From: Amoeboaphelidium protococcarum X5
Lineage: Eukaryota > Fungi > Aphelidiomycota
Assembly: GCA_023515725.1 (NCBI GenBank)
Contig: JALDTO010000162.1
Span: forward strand, 1 to 64,000
Direction of reading: 5' to 3'
DNA length: 64,000 nt
A model generated the notes under the pieces. The model saw nothing but the letters and a program-made list of their open reading frames with translations. It ran no database searches and had not been told where the DNA came from. Below are positions 15,153 to 27,326 of this stretch, piece after piece; position 1 is the stretch's first letter; each line of letters opens with the position of its first letter. A program made the translations under genes and the position numbers.

Positions 15153-16526
15153 TCACATCTCATGGGCCCAACGCTTGACATCATGAGGTATGTTCTCATT
15201 ATCCTGCAATGCTGCCTTGATTTAGGTTGGATCAACAGCCAACTTTACCATTTTGAATTCTCGCGGATTCTTTTTGTACGATTCATCCAAAACTATCAAT
15301 TACAAGCCGAGTAAATTCTCAAAGGCTCTATAGGCAACCATCTTCTTGCAAGCGTGAATATGGTGTATATTAGTGAATTCTGTAAACTCTCTATACACCA
15401 TTTCGAAATTGAATCGATCCAAGTTCTGCACCGATAGCCGTTTCATCGAAACAATCATACACAGCTCCAGCTGAGACAGGTCTTCTAGCAGGCGCTGACG
15501 AGAATCAACAGTTTATAAATCAAATGATTACTCCACTAAATCAATGTCCAACATTAACTTTTCAGTATTCAACGAATTTACAGCAGGCAGTATGCACTTG
15601 AACAGCAACCTAACATCGGCATTTAATTGAAATAATTTCTTTGAAATTCTTAGAAACTATTCGCCTGTTGTAAACTCGTCCAGAGAAGACTACAGAGTCT
15701 ACCGTGATTATGCAGATAAACCAACACAACCAGATAGCTGTAGATTGGCGCGCACTATATTCAGGTAAGACTCAAAAGACATTGCAGGCCAACAATAAAT
15801 TTGGCGATGGCTGAAACGAGACTTGACGCGTTTCTCAAGCAACTCCATTACATCCAGGCGAACAGTTATGCCAATCACCAGTATTGGTCTACCTGAAGAC
15901 TGAACAGTGTCAAACAGATTGTACAGCAGAGACTACTTGGAGTGTTGTGTGAACTTGTCAAACTCATCCAAGGTAAATATCAGTGGAGGCCCTTCTTTAG
16001 TAGCTCTGATATACTCAAATAGACGAACATAAGACTCATGGAAAGAGACCTTGTCAAATATCTGCGCCTATTCTTGCTCATTCAAACCCATAGAGAGACT
16101 AATCTACTGAACAACCAGACGATCATCGCTGTGGATTGAGCCTTGCAGTTAGACCACAACAACGTCGCGCGATCGTTTCAGACTTTGAACTAGCGAGTTG
16201 ACCATCATGGACTTACCAGTGCCTTTGGGGCCATACAGGAGGGCGGATGAACTCTACCTGATCAAGACTAAATTATCGCACATTCCCTCAAGTTCTTGCA
16301 TTTGATCTTGTAAATTTATGGTGGTGGCGGGATACTTTCTGCCAGTTAAAACACTGCACAAATGCAATTTGGCAGCCTGCAATTCCTTTTCAGACACTTT
16401 GTAGTCCGCACTATCTTATATATCGGTGTCTGTATTCTTTCTTGGCACTTTGCGTGAGGATACGCCAGCATTGTTTTTAGGGGAGGTACGTTTTTTGGAT
16501 GGGGTCTATCTTTTACTCGGAGTCAT
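15153..16526 (-). CDS. ORC4: Origin recognition complex subunit 4
   Basis: Walker A GPKGTGKS; IFTLDEFD; KQ(TAG)SLLYNLFD; LEKRVKSRFSHR. Confidence 0.94.
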
Positions 16527-16733
16527 ATTGTTTGTATGCTGAAATGTAGGACGATTCAATTGGTCAAGATGTTCAAAGCTTCAGTTGAAACAAAAGCGCT
16601 GTTGCAAGGCGAAATCAAACGAGATCTTAACGCAAGCGAGACTTTACAAGCGTATTGGTCTAAGAAGAAAGACAATTGACCATAAATCCCATAAAATATT
16701 GTGTATTATAACAATTATTGGCGATGTATATAT

Positions 16734-18377
16734 TCAATTTCTAAGAACGCCAGGATTCATCTCTGAAATACCATCATCTTATCCATTTGATCCAGCGTCC
16801 AGCCCAAGAGATTATGATGCTTATCCCACATGTTTAAGATGTTCCATAAAGCGATTAAACGGCTCCATATCAACAACCGGCTATAAACGCGTTATTCCAA
16901 CTATAATCGGAGTGCATTGCTTTGTAAATGGCCTAGAGGAAGTCTCCTCACTCAGGAACATATTCGTGTAGCTCTGAATCTGACGCGCCTGAGCATACCA
17001 ATTCAGTATTAAGGTCTTAACCAACGGTTTGTATGTAAGTCTATAAACCATCCATCCAGTGGGGCAATTCATAGATATACACTTGTAGAAGAGACGATAC
17101 GTGTACATATGGCCAGTGACAGTAGTGTAATCAGGCCACTCCTCGTCCTCTTAAGTGACCAATCGCTTGTATTTAACGACGGTGACTTTATATCTAAACT
17201 CACTCGTGCTAACAATATTCCAACTCACATACTCTCTCAAGCCTTGATGTTACAACTTATTCAACATTTGCTCATCTAAACGGTCAGTGTATAGGAAAGC
17301 ATTAAGCCTTCTCTCCAATTAACGATCAAGATGAGGATAATAAGACACTTTCTTGTCCTCGATAGGCAATGTGAGAGCCTATTTAAATCCATTCTTGCAG
17401 TCATGATACTACAGTTCAATAACAACACCCCATGGCAGCAAGTGCTGCTCATCCCTGTGGTGAAACTGATTGAAGAACAATGAACTAAATCCTTTGAAAG
17501 AGGTAGAAGAAACAATGGTTCTCACACCTTTCGATCGCTTCAATTTGGTCTCCTTCACTTGAGGTTGAATACTCGGCTGAACACGATGTAGCATAGGCAG
17601 CATGGACTGGGTCATGTGATCGTTATACTGACCATCTTCTTTCCTAAATAGTGGATACCGAGATACATGGGCAAATGAGTCGCGTACTCTCTCCCGTTGC
17701 GGTGTCATATAGTAAGCCAGCGCATCTTGACTCGGAAGTGACTCCAATGTGAAAAGGCCATACGGTTTACGCTAAACAACATCCTTCTTGTACAAGAGCT
17801 GGAACGCATTAGATGTGATATCAGCTTTTTGAAAGCCATCTCCAACCTTGATCACTATATAGAATGGATTGTACGTATCAGGCATCTTTTTCAACCGGAA
17901 GAAAGTATTGAACCTTGCGACTCCAGGCTTTATAATAAGATTATTATCTCTAACAGCAAAGGCATAGAGATACTTGTCATCTTTAGTGTGGGCGATTTGC
18001 CTATTCTGGATCGTGACAGAGAGTATTCGCGATGAAGTCACCTGCTCAGCGTCTGATTCTAAGGCTAAGGGAAACCAGCGATGACGCGCCGTTTAACTCC
18101 TCTCGAGACAGTGCAACTAAACCTCAATCGTGAGCCCATCAAAATACCTTGCATCTTCAAGAAGTATAGAAAGACTCACGTCCAGCAGGGTAGGAGATCC
18201 ATACACATTCTAAATGACTAAATTCTACTAAGCTAGCCCGTCGATGCCATTACCAAAAGTCACATTTGAAAATCTTTGCTTGTCAATAGCCACGCCCAGC
18301 AGCTGCCCAGAGACTAAATTTACACATAATATACAGAATACGACCAGGTATTTACAAAACTAATATTACACGTCCAT
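16734..18377 (-). CDS. Orphan putative secreted protein (547 aa)
   Basis: Single frame joining three ORF-track fragments; signal-like N-terminus YLVVFCILCVNLVSG; no domain recognised. Confidence 0.8.
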
Positions 18378-19174
18378 AATCTTCTATTAACATAAACGCG
18401 AACAAGTGGGAGGACAATTAACAATAACCACTCTGATCAGCCAGTCGCCATCAACGATCTGATCTCGTCTAAACGCCACATCGCTCTCCGCTCGGTCTCT
18501 TAAACGGGGCTGCTTTTGATGTGGCGCATATAGGTTACTCAACTACGATTAAACTATGTCAAACTGAGTTAAATTGAAGTGTGAATATTAATCTTCTGGG
18601 GGTTTGTATGGCTGTCAAACATTTATTAACCTTTCAGAATAAGCAATGTATTCAATATACCGAGTCGATGCAATAAGATACTTCCCAGCTAACAACTTCA
18701 TAGTTTTCACTGTAATTTCTGCAATGTCACAGGCAAGTATATTCTCATCTGAAGTGTCAAGGCAAGTGATATGACGATATTTTCTTTCAATTCACAGACA
18801 GTATGAAGAACATGTTATTATTTGTATTCCTAGATATTACCATACTTGATCTTGAATATCCTATTCAAGGTATTGCTGAAGTCAAAACACACCATCATTT
18901 TGTCATACGGCGCGTATAATATTGGTCGTTGGCAGTGACAAGTTTATCATGCTATAAATGATATGCAATAATTATTCTTTAACTCTACTTAATCTAGTCA
19001 ACTTTATACAACCTCATTTTAGATTTAACCAAGTACCTGTAAGGTGCTTCACAGCTGACTCTGTGGTCAGATCAAGGGGCAATTAAATTTTCATCCACTG
19101 TGACCTTTTACAGCATAAAACCACCATTGTTAATTGGAGAAATACAATACATTGCTTGAGAATATCAGTTTAAA

Positions 19175-20569
19175 ATGCCCAAGTTTTTCAAGCCTCTTGT
19201 TATAGGAATAGTGTGCTGTTTTCTGCCTCTTAGTACTATGTCGTATGAATATGATCATGGTAATATGACGTTATTTAGCTAATGGAATGGGGTGACGCGT
19301 CAGTTCAACATTACAGTAGATTAGCTTCCTGTCATTGATGGTATAAGTTATTAGCAGGATAGCACTGAAGATACCGAGATTCTTACACTATTCGATATCC
19401 TCTTTCTAGGTAACTAGACTCTTATGGAGCAGTCTTTCTAGGGACAATTTAATGAGATTGATCTGAATGACGATGGCAAAGTTCATCTGGATGAATTTAG
19501 TAATTACTGGAAGAATCTTATATTTGCAAAGTCTCTAAGTAGCCAATTACCGTGGTAGAAGAGACTTAAAGTGTACTTCAGTGAGAAGATGAATAATGCT
19601 GCTGATGGAGGCAGACTGGAGGATATGATCAATGCTGCATACGTGTAGGCTGATTCTAACCAAGATGGCGCGATTACTTTTAATGAATTTCTCTGCTTGT
19701 ACAAGGCTGACTAGAAATGCCCTGAGATGGTATCATCAGCAGACGCGTATCTTGACTTATAAGTTGTTCTGCCTTCTTCTTATAGGCGTGTATGTAATGC
19801 CTTCCGCGACACTGCTCTAGCTAAGTGCTCCAACTCCACTTCTGATAGGATCAAGAGCGATATCGATGCATAGTACCTTCTTTGTAGTAAGGGATTCTCT
19901 CTCCTTGTTCAATAATTTGATGTTGAGAAATGCTACCTCGCTGCCGCTGCGAATAATAATACATGCACTGACAATTATAACTAATGCTTTAATGGTATAT
20001 CTGCTGCTACCAAATCGTCTGATAATATTGTTGAATTGCACAAAAGATCTCCGTTGCCGTTTGGTGTTATACTTTTCGATTTGATTCTAGATCCAGTTCT
20101 ATTCTTTGGTGTTATGAGTGTTCTGACTATCATTGTGCTATCTTCTGTCTCTATTCACGCTGCCGTGGTATCTAATAAGAATATCCAGTAGGAGTGGTTG
20201 AATGCACAGTCCATTATATCAACTACGGCTGAAAAATGGTTTGTCGGTGCTCCATTGCCGCCATGTAACACTCCGATTATATGGTGGTCCGATTAGTGCC
20301 TGACTTTGATGTCTAGAAAGTCTGCGGCTGCCAGATGCGGTATGGAATAACTGCCTGAAGGCTCTTCTACCGTTCCCATGATTGTCTCGCCTCAGCCATT
20401 CTATTAAAATGCATGTAAAGGGCATTGGGGTAAAGGATCTCGTTAGTGCCGCCTGCTTGGATGTCAACCTCTTTGTATTGGAATTAGCGGTAATGGGTGT
20501 GATAAGAAAATGCCTGATTTGAAGATTCTCTATGACCAAGACGGTTAGAGCAAGGTGAAATATTAATGA
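19175..20569 (+). CDS. Secreted/membrane protein with two EF-hands, a KR site, a hydrophobic helix and a Cys-rich C-terminus (464 aa)
   Basis: Signal LVIGIVCCFLPLSTMS; EF loops DLNDDGKVHLDE and DSNQDGAITFNE; HKR-SPLPFGVILF...; ends TAA TGA. Confidence 0.85.
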
Positions 20570-20628
20570 CTTTTAATAAAATAAAATTGTCGATTTTCAA
20601 TTGTAAAATTCTTCATAAAGTCTAATAA

Positions 20629-21531
20629 TCATTGATTGATACTCTATAACTATGCATTGATTCGAATAATCTCTTCCAGCGTTGGCCTGTGTATGTTCAG
20701 AGGAATACTGGCAATACGTGAATCCGTCTTTATCAAAGGCGGAACTTTCTTGTCATTGTCAGGATTGTAGAGTATAGCTTTATTGTGTGGGCCAGGAGCA
20801 TGAACAAATATTCTGCGACATTTCAGCAAGTATGGGCTCCAGCTGGACAATACTGATCGAACTTCTTATTCCAATGCTACCTAGTTCTATCTTCGAATCT
20901 ATGCACCGGCGGACTTTATACCTTTAGTTGAATTATCTTTAGATTTTTGACTACCTCCTTGCTTTCTACGCGTCGTGTACTTTACGATAGTCTTGTGCAT
21001 TACCATCAGATCATGATTAGTACTTGTTAGATCAAATAAAGCACCAGCGAATCTTCCGCCTTGAAGCAACAGTATGCACCAATAGGGCCTTGAGTCCTGA
21101 AGAAACCTTATGAGCTATTGCGGTAACAATATATCATCCTTATCCTCTTCTACAAAGAATACAGATTTATAAACGTGAACCTCTTAACCAAATTTCAGAG
21201 TGAAAGATATGGCCGAACGTTATTACTGATGCAAGAAATCACCATCAGATTCTTCTTCATCGTCATTATCATCATCACTAATACTATCTTGTACAGACTA
21301 TTTAAGCCTTATCTAATGCTCTTCTGTTTAAAAATGCACGCGTTACTCTGAGCTTGTATAAAAGGATTAATTGCATATTCTACAGCTCTTTTACGAGGCA
21401 GCGACTGGCATAGATTGTTCGTACTAAGCATCTTTTGTATCGGGGGCTTTATCTTACTACGCTTGTTCCCTATTGTCAGATTCACATGCAATTTATAGCG
21501 GGTCAATGTCAAACAACGAGCGACAAACCAT
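20629..21531 (-). CDS. VMS1: Vms1/ANKZF1-type protein, short form: C2H2 finger plus VLRF1 domain only (300 aa)
   Basis: CRICNQSF....QRVHFQTEEH; GGRFAGALF; HKTIVKYTTRRKQGGSQ; SAGAQIRR; DSRIASIP..RPT. Confidence 0.88.
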
Positions 21532-21747
21532 TTTGCAAATAATTCAACACTTTGAATAGATATTTTGAGATCTTTCTATTACACTGAAAGAAGACTCATT
21601 GCAGAATCCGCAGCGAGATGCTTTATGAAGCTCTTCAAATAGTGACAAAGGGAAATACGCGTAAATATAATGTATGTTTTGACTACAGAAACTCCCCTTA
21701 TTTAATAATTCAATATTCTCGCACTAATAAAATTACCAACTGTTTAA

Positions 21748-23253
21748 TCAGACGAACACAAAATTGGACTTCTTTGGACGCTTTGTCAATTTTCCGTACT
21801 TGCTCATCCCGGCAGGCCAATTGGTGTCAGACACGCGACCATTCTAACGATACCACGAAGAGCACTAGGAAGATGCGGAAGGCTACTGCTCCAACTACTT
21901 CAACAGCCAGCACATGTGACGGTCGACAGCATCAGAACGCGTCTCCAGAATGCAAGGGTACCCGTCGCACTTCAACTGCTCTTTATCGATCATTTACAAG
22001 CATTTCAAAATGTAGTCAACACCATACTGAACCATGACACTCACAGAACCAATAGTAGTATTAGTATTGGGTCCCGTCAAGAAAAACAAGTTAGGGAACT
22101 TGTCAGTAGTCAGACCCATCAATGTGCGCGAACATTCAGACCAATGCTCGCTCAAGCTTAGCCCATTCTCACCGCGAATGTCAAAGTGAGGAAGACAACG
22201 CCCGACATCAAATCCGGTACCGAGCACAATTAAATCATACACATCAGGTTGGCAATTCGTGGAATCTTTAGTCTCAATAGTTGCATCTTCATTGATATTC
22301 GCAATCCCATCATTTATCAACTTGACATTCGGCAAATCGATAGCTTCAAACAAAGATGGAGAAATCACCAACCTGCTACAACCGACAGGATAATCAGGGA
22401 CAAAATTGATCTTCTCAGCCTGCGGACAGACACTTTTGACGCCCTGGGACATAATCCAGCGCGCTAAATTTGGTTTGGTAAAAACCAAGTTGGTCAGGAA
22501 ATCAAAGCGTAAAAACTGTCTCCATCTTTCCAATGTCAGGAGATACGGCCAACGCTTGGCAAGAGCAAAAAACAACTTTGAATATGGCGGATCGCTTTCT
22601 GGGACAATCCATTTTGGAGATCTCCAATACCAATGCACAGTGGGCGCAGATGGGCGTAAGGCTAAACCAGTGAAGGTTTGAGTCGCACTGGATCCATTGC
22701 CAATTACAGCGACGCGTTTAACTTGATCCAAATCAGTTTCCGACAAATTCCACTGCGCAGTGTGTACTAAGCGAGTGTTGCCACTGAGTGTGTAAGGAAT
22801 CAAATCTTTGGGGATTTTAGGAGTGCTTAGTAGACCGGTAGAGCAGATCAAGTACTTGGCCACATAAAGGACTCCATTATCGCAATGAACGTGCCAAAGC
22901 TTATCATCTGGCATCCAGTAAGCTTTCTAGACACCTACACCACATTCCAGAGGGAATGGGTGGCGACGGACGACATCTTGCAAGTAAGTCTTTAGCAAAG
23001 GACCAGGTGGACTTTGATTACGTCCAAAATGCTTAGCAGCTGCCTCGAGATCCCATTAATAAGCATAAATGGCCCATGACACGTCGCAGTGGAGATTAGG
23101 ATATGCGTTAGCAGACCAGACACCGCCAACATCGTTCGTCTTCTCCAGCACCAAAATTTAATCATTAGGGCGTTCTTTGCGCAAAGAAATGGCCATATTT
23201 ATACCGGCCAACCCAGCACCAACAATCAAAACGTCTAGTTGCTCCACAGTCAT
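21748..23253 (-). CDS. Flavin-containing monooxygenase, Baeyer-Villiger type (501 aa, intronless)
   Basis: IVGAGLAG; GGVWSANAYPNLHCDV; HTAQW fingerprint; second Rossmann VAVIGNGSSATQ; LGTGF; FPNLFFLTGPN. Confidence 0.92.
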
Positions 23254-23728
23254 TTTAAAGTGCGTGATAACTGCTTAGAAAGTAAAATTGCGCCATAAGC
23301 ATATTTCAGCACATGATTTATAAGCATTCCGAATATTTCAAGGGGATTGCCCCTAATTGTAGCCACAGGTTCAAAGCCACATTCAGTGTAAATGTGCCTG
23401 CATCTACAAAAGTATAAAGCTCTGCTACCAATTTAAGTAGACTTTTTTTAAAAGTGCGGTAACAACAATGGCGCTCGAAATAGACATGATACACTCTGCA
23501 GAGTCTCCAACATTTTTAGAGTGATTCTCAAGAGCAATCTTCCAGCGTTGAGTGCCACATGACGCTATAGATCACTCGAAATTAATACTCATCATGTTAC
23601 TTTAAAGACTTGACTGTCTCTCATAAATCATTATCATAATCATCGTTGAAACCAATGAAACTGATGATGAGAAACGAGATCTACAAGCGATCGGCGTGTT
23701 AATCGTGAAACTACAAATCTGATTTGAA

Positions 23729-25224
23729 ATGACGTATGTCTGCTAATATTTTTCTTCTTACCTGTTATCTAAAAGACAAAGCTTTATTGATATGCGAACC
23801 AGAGCTAGTAGTAAGCAGGCTATTTCTATCAAGATTGCAAATGGCTCTATTTTGTCAAATGTACCAGTCTTATAGTCTGTGGGTCGAAAGAGAACCGTCC
23901 CTTACACGTCTGACTCGCCTGCTTTTGGTGATTAAAATGAATAGTAGTTGGCTAAGCTCGCTATACCTTAGTAGAAACAATCAGAATCAGATAATATATC
24001 AAATGATGAACAGGCCATAGATTTGAAAGCATATCCCAATATAAGACTTGGCTATGCTTGCCTCAATACTGTGCTCCGTGAAAGTAGTCCTGCTGTATTT
24101 TGTTCGCGCACTCTTCGCCTGAAAACTCTCCTAGAGAAAGGATTGGATTACGCCAAAGATCTTGGCTATCAGAATGCATGCGATCTCATTAAATTGATAG
24201 AGTGGAATGAGCGACATTAAATACGCCTAATGAGAATCAGTAGCGAGATGTTTCCGTTTGCGTCACATCAAGTTCATGGATATAGCGTGAAATACGCAGA
24301 GGTACCACTGAGACAAGCTGGCGATTTGGCAAAGAAGTACGGTCACCGATTAACGTTACACCCAGGTCAATTCAGTCAACTAGGAAGTCCGAATGAAGAT
24401 GTGATCAAGAGATCTTTGTTAGATTTAGAGTACCAGAACGAATTACTTGATCTGACTGGATATTCTGCGTAAGACGGTGGTGTGATGGTGATCCACATGG
24501 GCGGCGTCTATGGCGACAAGCAGGCCGCTTATGAACGTTTTAAAATCAACTTCAAACGACTATCCGCTAACGCGTAGAGCAGATTGGTTCTGTAAGATAT
24601 TTGAATAATGATTTATTTTTGGAATTTTTTTAATGTGCACCTCTGTATGTGTGTAGGGAGAATGATGAATTGTGTTATTCTGTTCAAGACTTGTTGCCGC
24701 TATGTGAAAAGTTACAAATTCCGCTAGTTTTGGATTGGCATCATCACTCGCTTAATCCTCTGTATGAACATATTGATGAGTTTAAAAAGGATGCCTATCA
24801 TCTAATTGAGTAGTCCATACTTGACCGTATAAATGAAATATGGAAATCTCGCGGTATCAGAATAAAGTAACATTATTCAGAGAGTCGGCCCGGTGCCAAG
24901 TCAATTCCAGAGCGTCGAGCACATTCAGACTATGTTAGAAGGTTACCTCCATTACCACAAGATTTGGAAGTTGATATCATGATTGAGGCCAAGATGAAAG
25001 AGCAGGCAGTCTTACTATTGTACAAGCAATATAATTATTGTGCAGTAAAGGATCTCACAAATGAATAAATACCTGATTAAGTTGATGATAACTAGGATAT
25101 TACCTCAAAGGGCGAATTGTGCGTAAACGACACTTGCTGCACCGAATAGAAGGAATTCGTTGATGAAGAGTAAATAGTTACCAAAGCCAAAAAGCGCAGA
25201 ACCAATAGCAAGAAGTAAAAATGA
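23729..25224 (+). CDS. uve1: UV-damage endonuclease (UVDE/UvsE); introns ~23734-23775 and 24592-24656
   Basis: RLGYACLN; RISSEMFPFASH; HRLTLHPGQF; IHMGGVYGDK; RLVLENDE; VLDWHHH; IMIEAKMKEQA. The first mini-exon is inferred; an alternative start is 23792. Confidence 0.93.
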
Positions 25225-25411
25225 CGAATTGGTAGAAATTATATTTAACTGACGCGTTTAACATTGTTTCTTTGTATATCTAACAGGAGAATGTATAAAC
25301 GATAGAATTGTGAAGTCTTTTGTTTCAGCCTTTGCTCGTTTCGACGAATATTTCAAGAAGCGCATTGTCTTGCTCGATTAACAAACCCAAACACAGTAGA
25401 ATATATCAACT

Positions 25412-27224
25412 ATGGAATAACCTGGATAGAAGCAGAGCGAATACATTAAAAAACTTAAAGAGGATAATAAGCGGCTGTAGACCACTTTGCGGTAGTTGTA
25501 GAAGGCCAGCACTAAGGCATTGCAAGAGTTCAATCTAATGAAAAGTTTGTATTCGGAGGCCACAATGGAATGCGAAACTCTTACTAGCCGGAATGCAGAG
25601 CTTATGAAGAAATCTCGCAATTTAGAGGAGACCAATAAGCAAAGTGCTCAAGTGCTCAAGAGAATTATAAAAGGTGAGAATGCAGTTTCGCAACCAGAAC
25701 AAAACTTTGTATCTTTATCCCATCGGAGTTAAGAGATATAATGTAGCATCCAAACTAGCTATCGCGGAATTTAATGACTTGAAACAGAGATTTATCGATG
25801 AGCTAGAGAGGAGACAGTCAATGGAGTAGTATTGTCATAGTTTGACTCAGACATTAGAGAAACTGAACGTCAAGTCTACCATGCTTTCTAATGCGCAAAA
25901 GGCTATCACTAACGATAAGCGGTCCATCTCTTAGAAGCAATCTACTATGCAGCAACAAAGTCTCAATTCTGAAGAATAGCTCTCAATGTGTAAGTTCTAA
26001 AATTATTAAAATTTAATTTGAAATGAAAGATTATGCAATTTTGTAGAATTATCTAGTGTCAAGGTATAATTAAGTGATACTTTGAGTGAATTTGAGTCGT
26101 ACAAGGAGTAAGCAATGTCTAAATAAATGGCTCTGGAACGGACCATAGAGGATCTGCTTTAAAGAATCACGGCCGTTAATATGCAAGATCAATAAGCTTA
26201 GTACTCGTAAGTTATATCATCATTATAAACAACAAATGTTGTATATGTCACCATCTTAGTTAAAATATGTAGATAGAGTGATAACTCTAAACAATAGCTC
26301 CATCTGCAAGGGAGTAGTAGCCCATCTGCTAGCATGTTGACATTAAGCTCTGATATACAGGAGGAGATCAAGTAAAGATCGCTCAACAGAAGGCAAGTTA
26401 CGGATCCTGTGAGTTAAACAAGTCATCTACATGATTCTCCTCTCATGAAAAATTACAGCGCCATATCAAAGATTAGCTAATCCTCTGGCTTTAGAGATTT
26501 AAATTAGCTCATATCAAATCAATCAAATTATCGGCATTAGTTTTCTGATAATTCAGATGACGGCGTTGGTGCCGCGAATAATGTTGAAAAGTCTTAGAAT
26601 GACAACCCAATGAATTTAAATGAAGCTTCGCAGAGTAAAAAGTAGAATAGTACACGGTAAGAGCATAAATAAAGTAATGAACCACTGGTATCAACTAATT
26701 TGCCTATAATAACTCCTGCATCTCCTCTTGGAAGTGCTTTGAGTCAGGAGTTTGGCGTTCAAATTGATCTACACTCACCGCTGGTGGACGTTGAATGGTC
26801 TGATAGAGATTCGGCTAATAGAATTTAAAATCTCGCCTCAAAGTTGATTGAGCAATCCAAGTAGTCGAGAGCAATGATAGAAAAGCGGTCAAGTAGAATA
26901 TATGAAGCCGCAGGTATATAGAAGGTTGGCAGTGAATATAATGTTAATAGGTTGGGTAATGCGATTTCATAATCCAAAGGAGAGAAGCCGATTCCTCAGG
27001 GAACTTCTGCCTAATCTTCTGGTGATAACATAGATAAGAAAGAGCGAAGGATAGCGCCTCATAATTCCACTTAACCTTTGATGTAGCCCAATCTGCGATA
27101 AAATGCATCATCATAATAGTAGTAATAGCAGCCGGAGGAAGGCTCGCGATTGAGTAAAAAGACTATATCAGAAATTGAAAAACTATTCTCAGAGTTGGAA
27201 TCTGAGCTGGGTGTGAAGCTCTGA
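25412..27224 (+). CDS. Coiled-coil protein with an S/Q-rich tail (shootin-like N-terminus?); introns from ~25674 (acceptor uncertain) and 25990-26046
   Basis: Heptad-rich frame that is open from ~25253; the start is uncertain; ends ...IEKLFSELESELGVKL TGA. Confidence 0.7.
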
Positions 27225-27326
27225 CAGAGTTTTTGATCAAGATCACCAAATTACCACCACGGATGTATGTACGTTGATATGTAGAAATTTTATTATTGTT
27301 ATTATCATTATTATACCAAAATCTAT

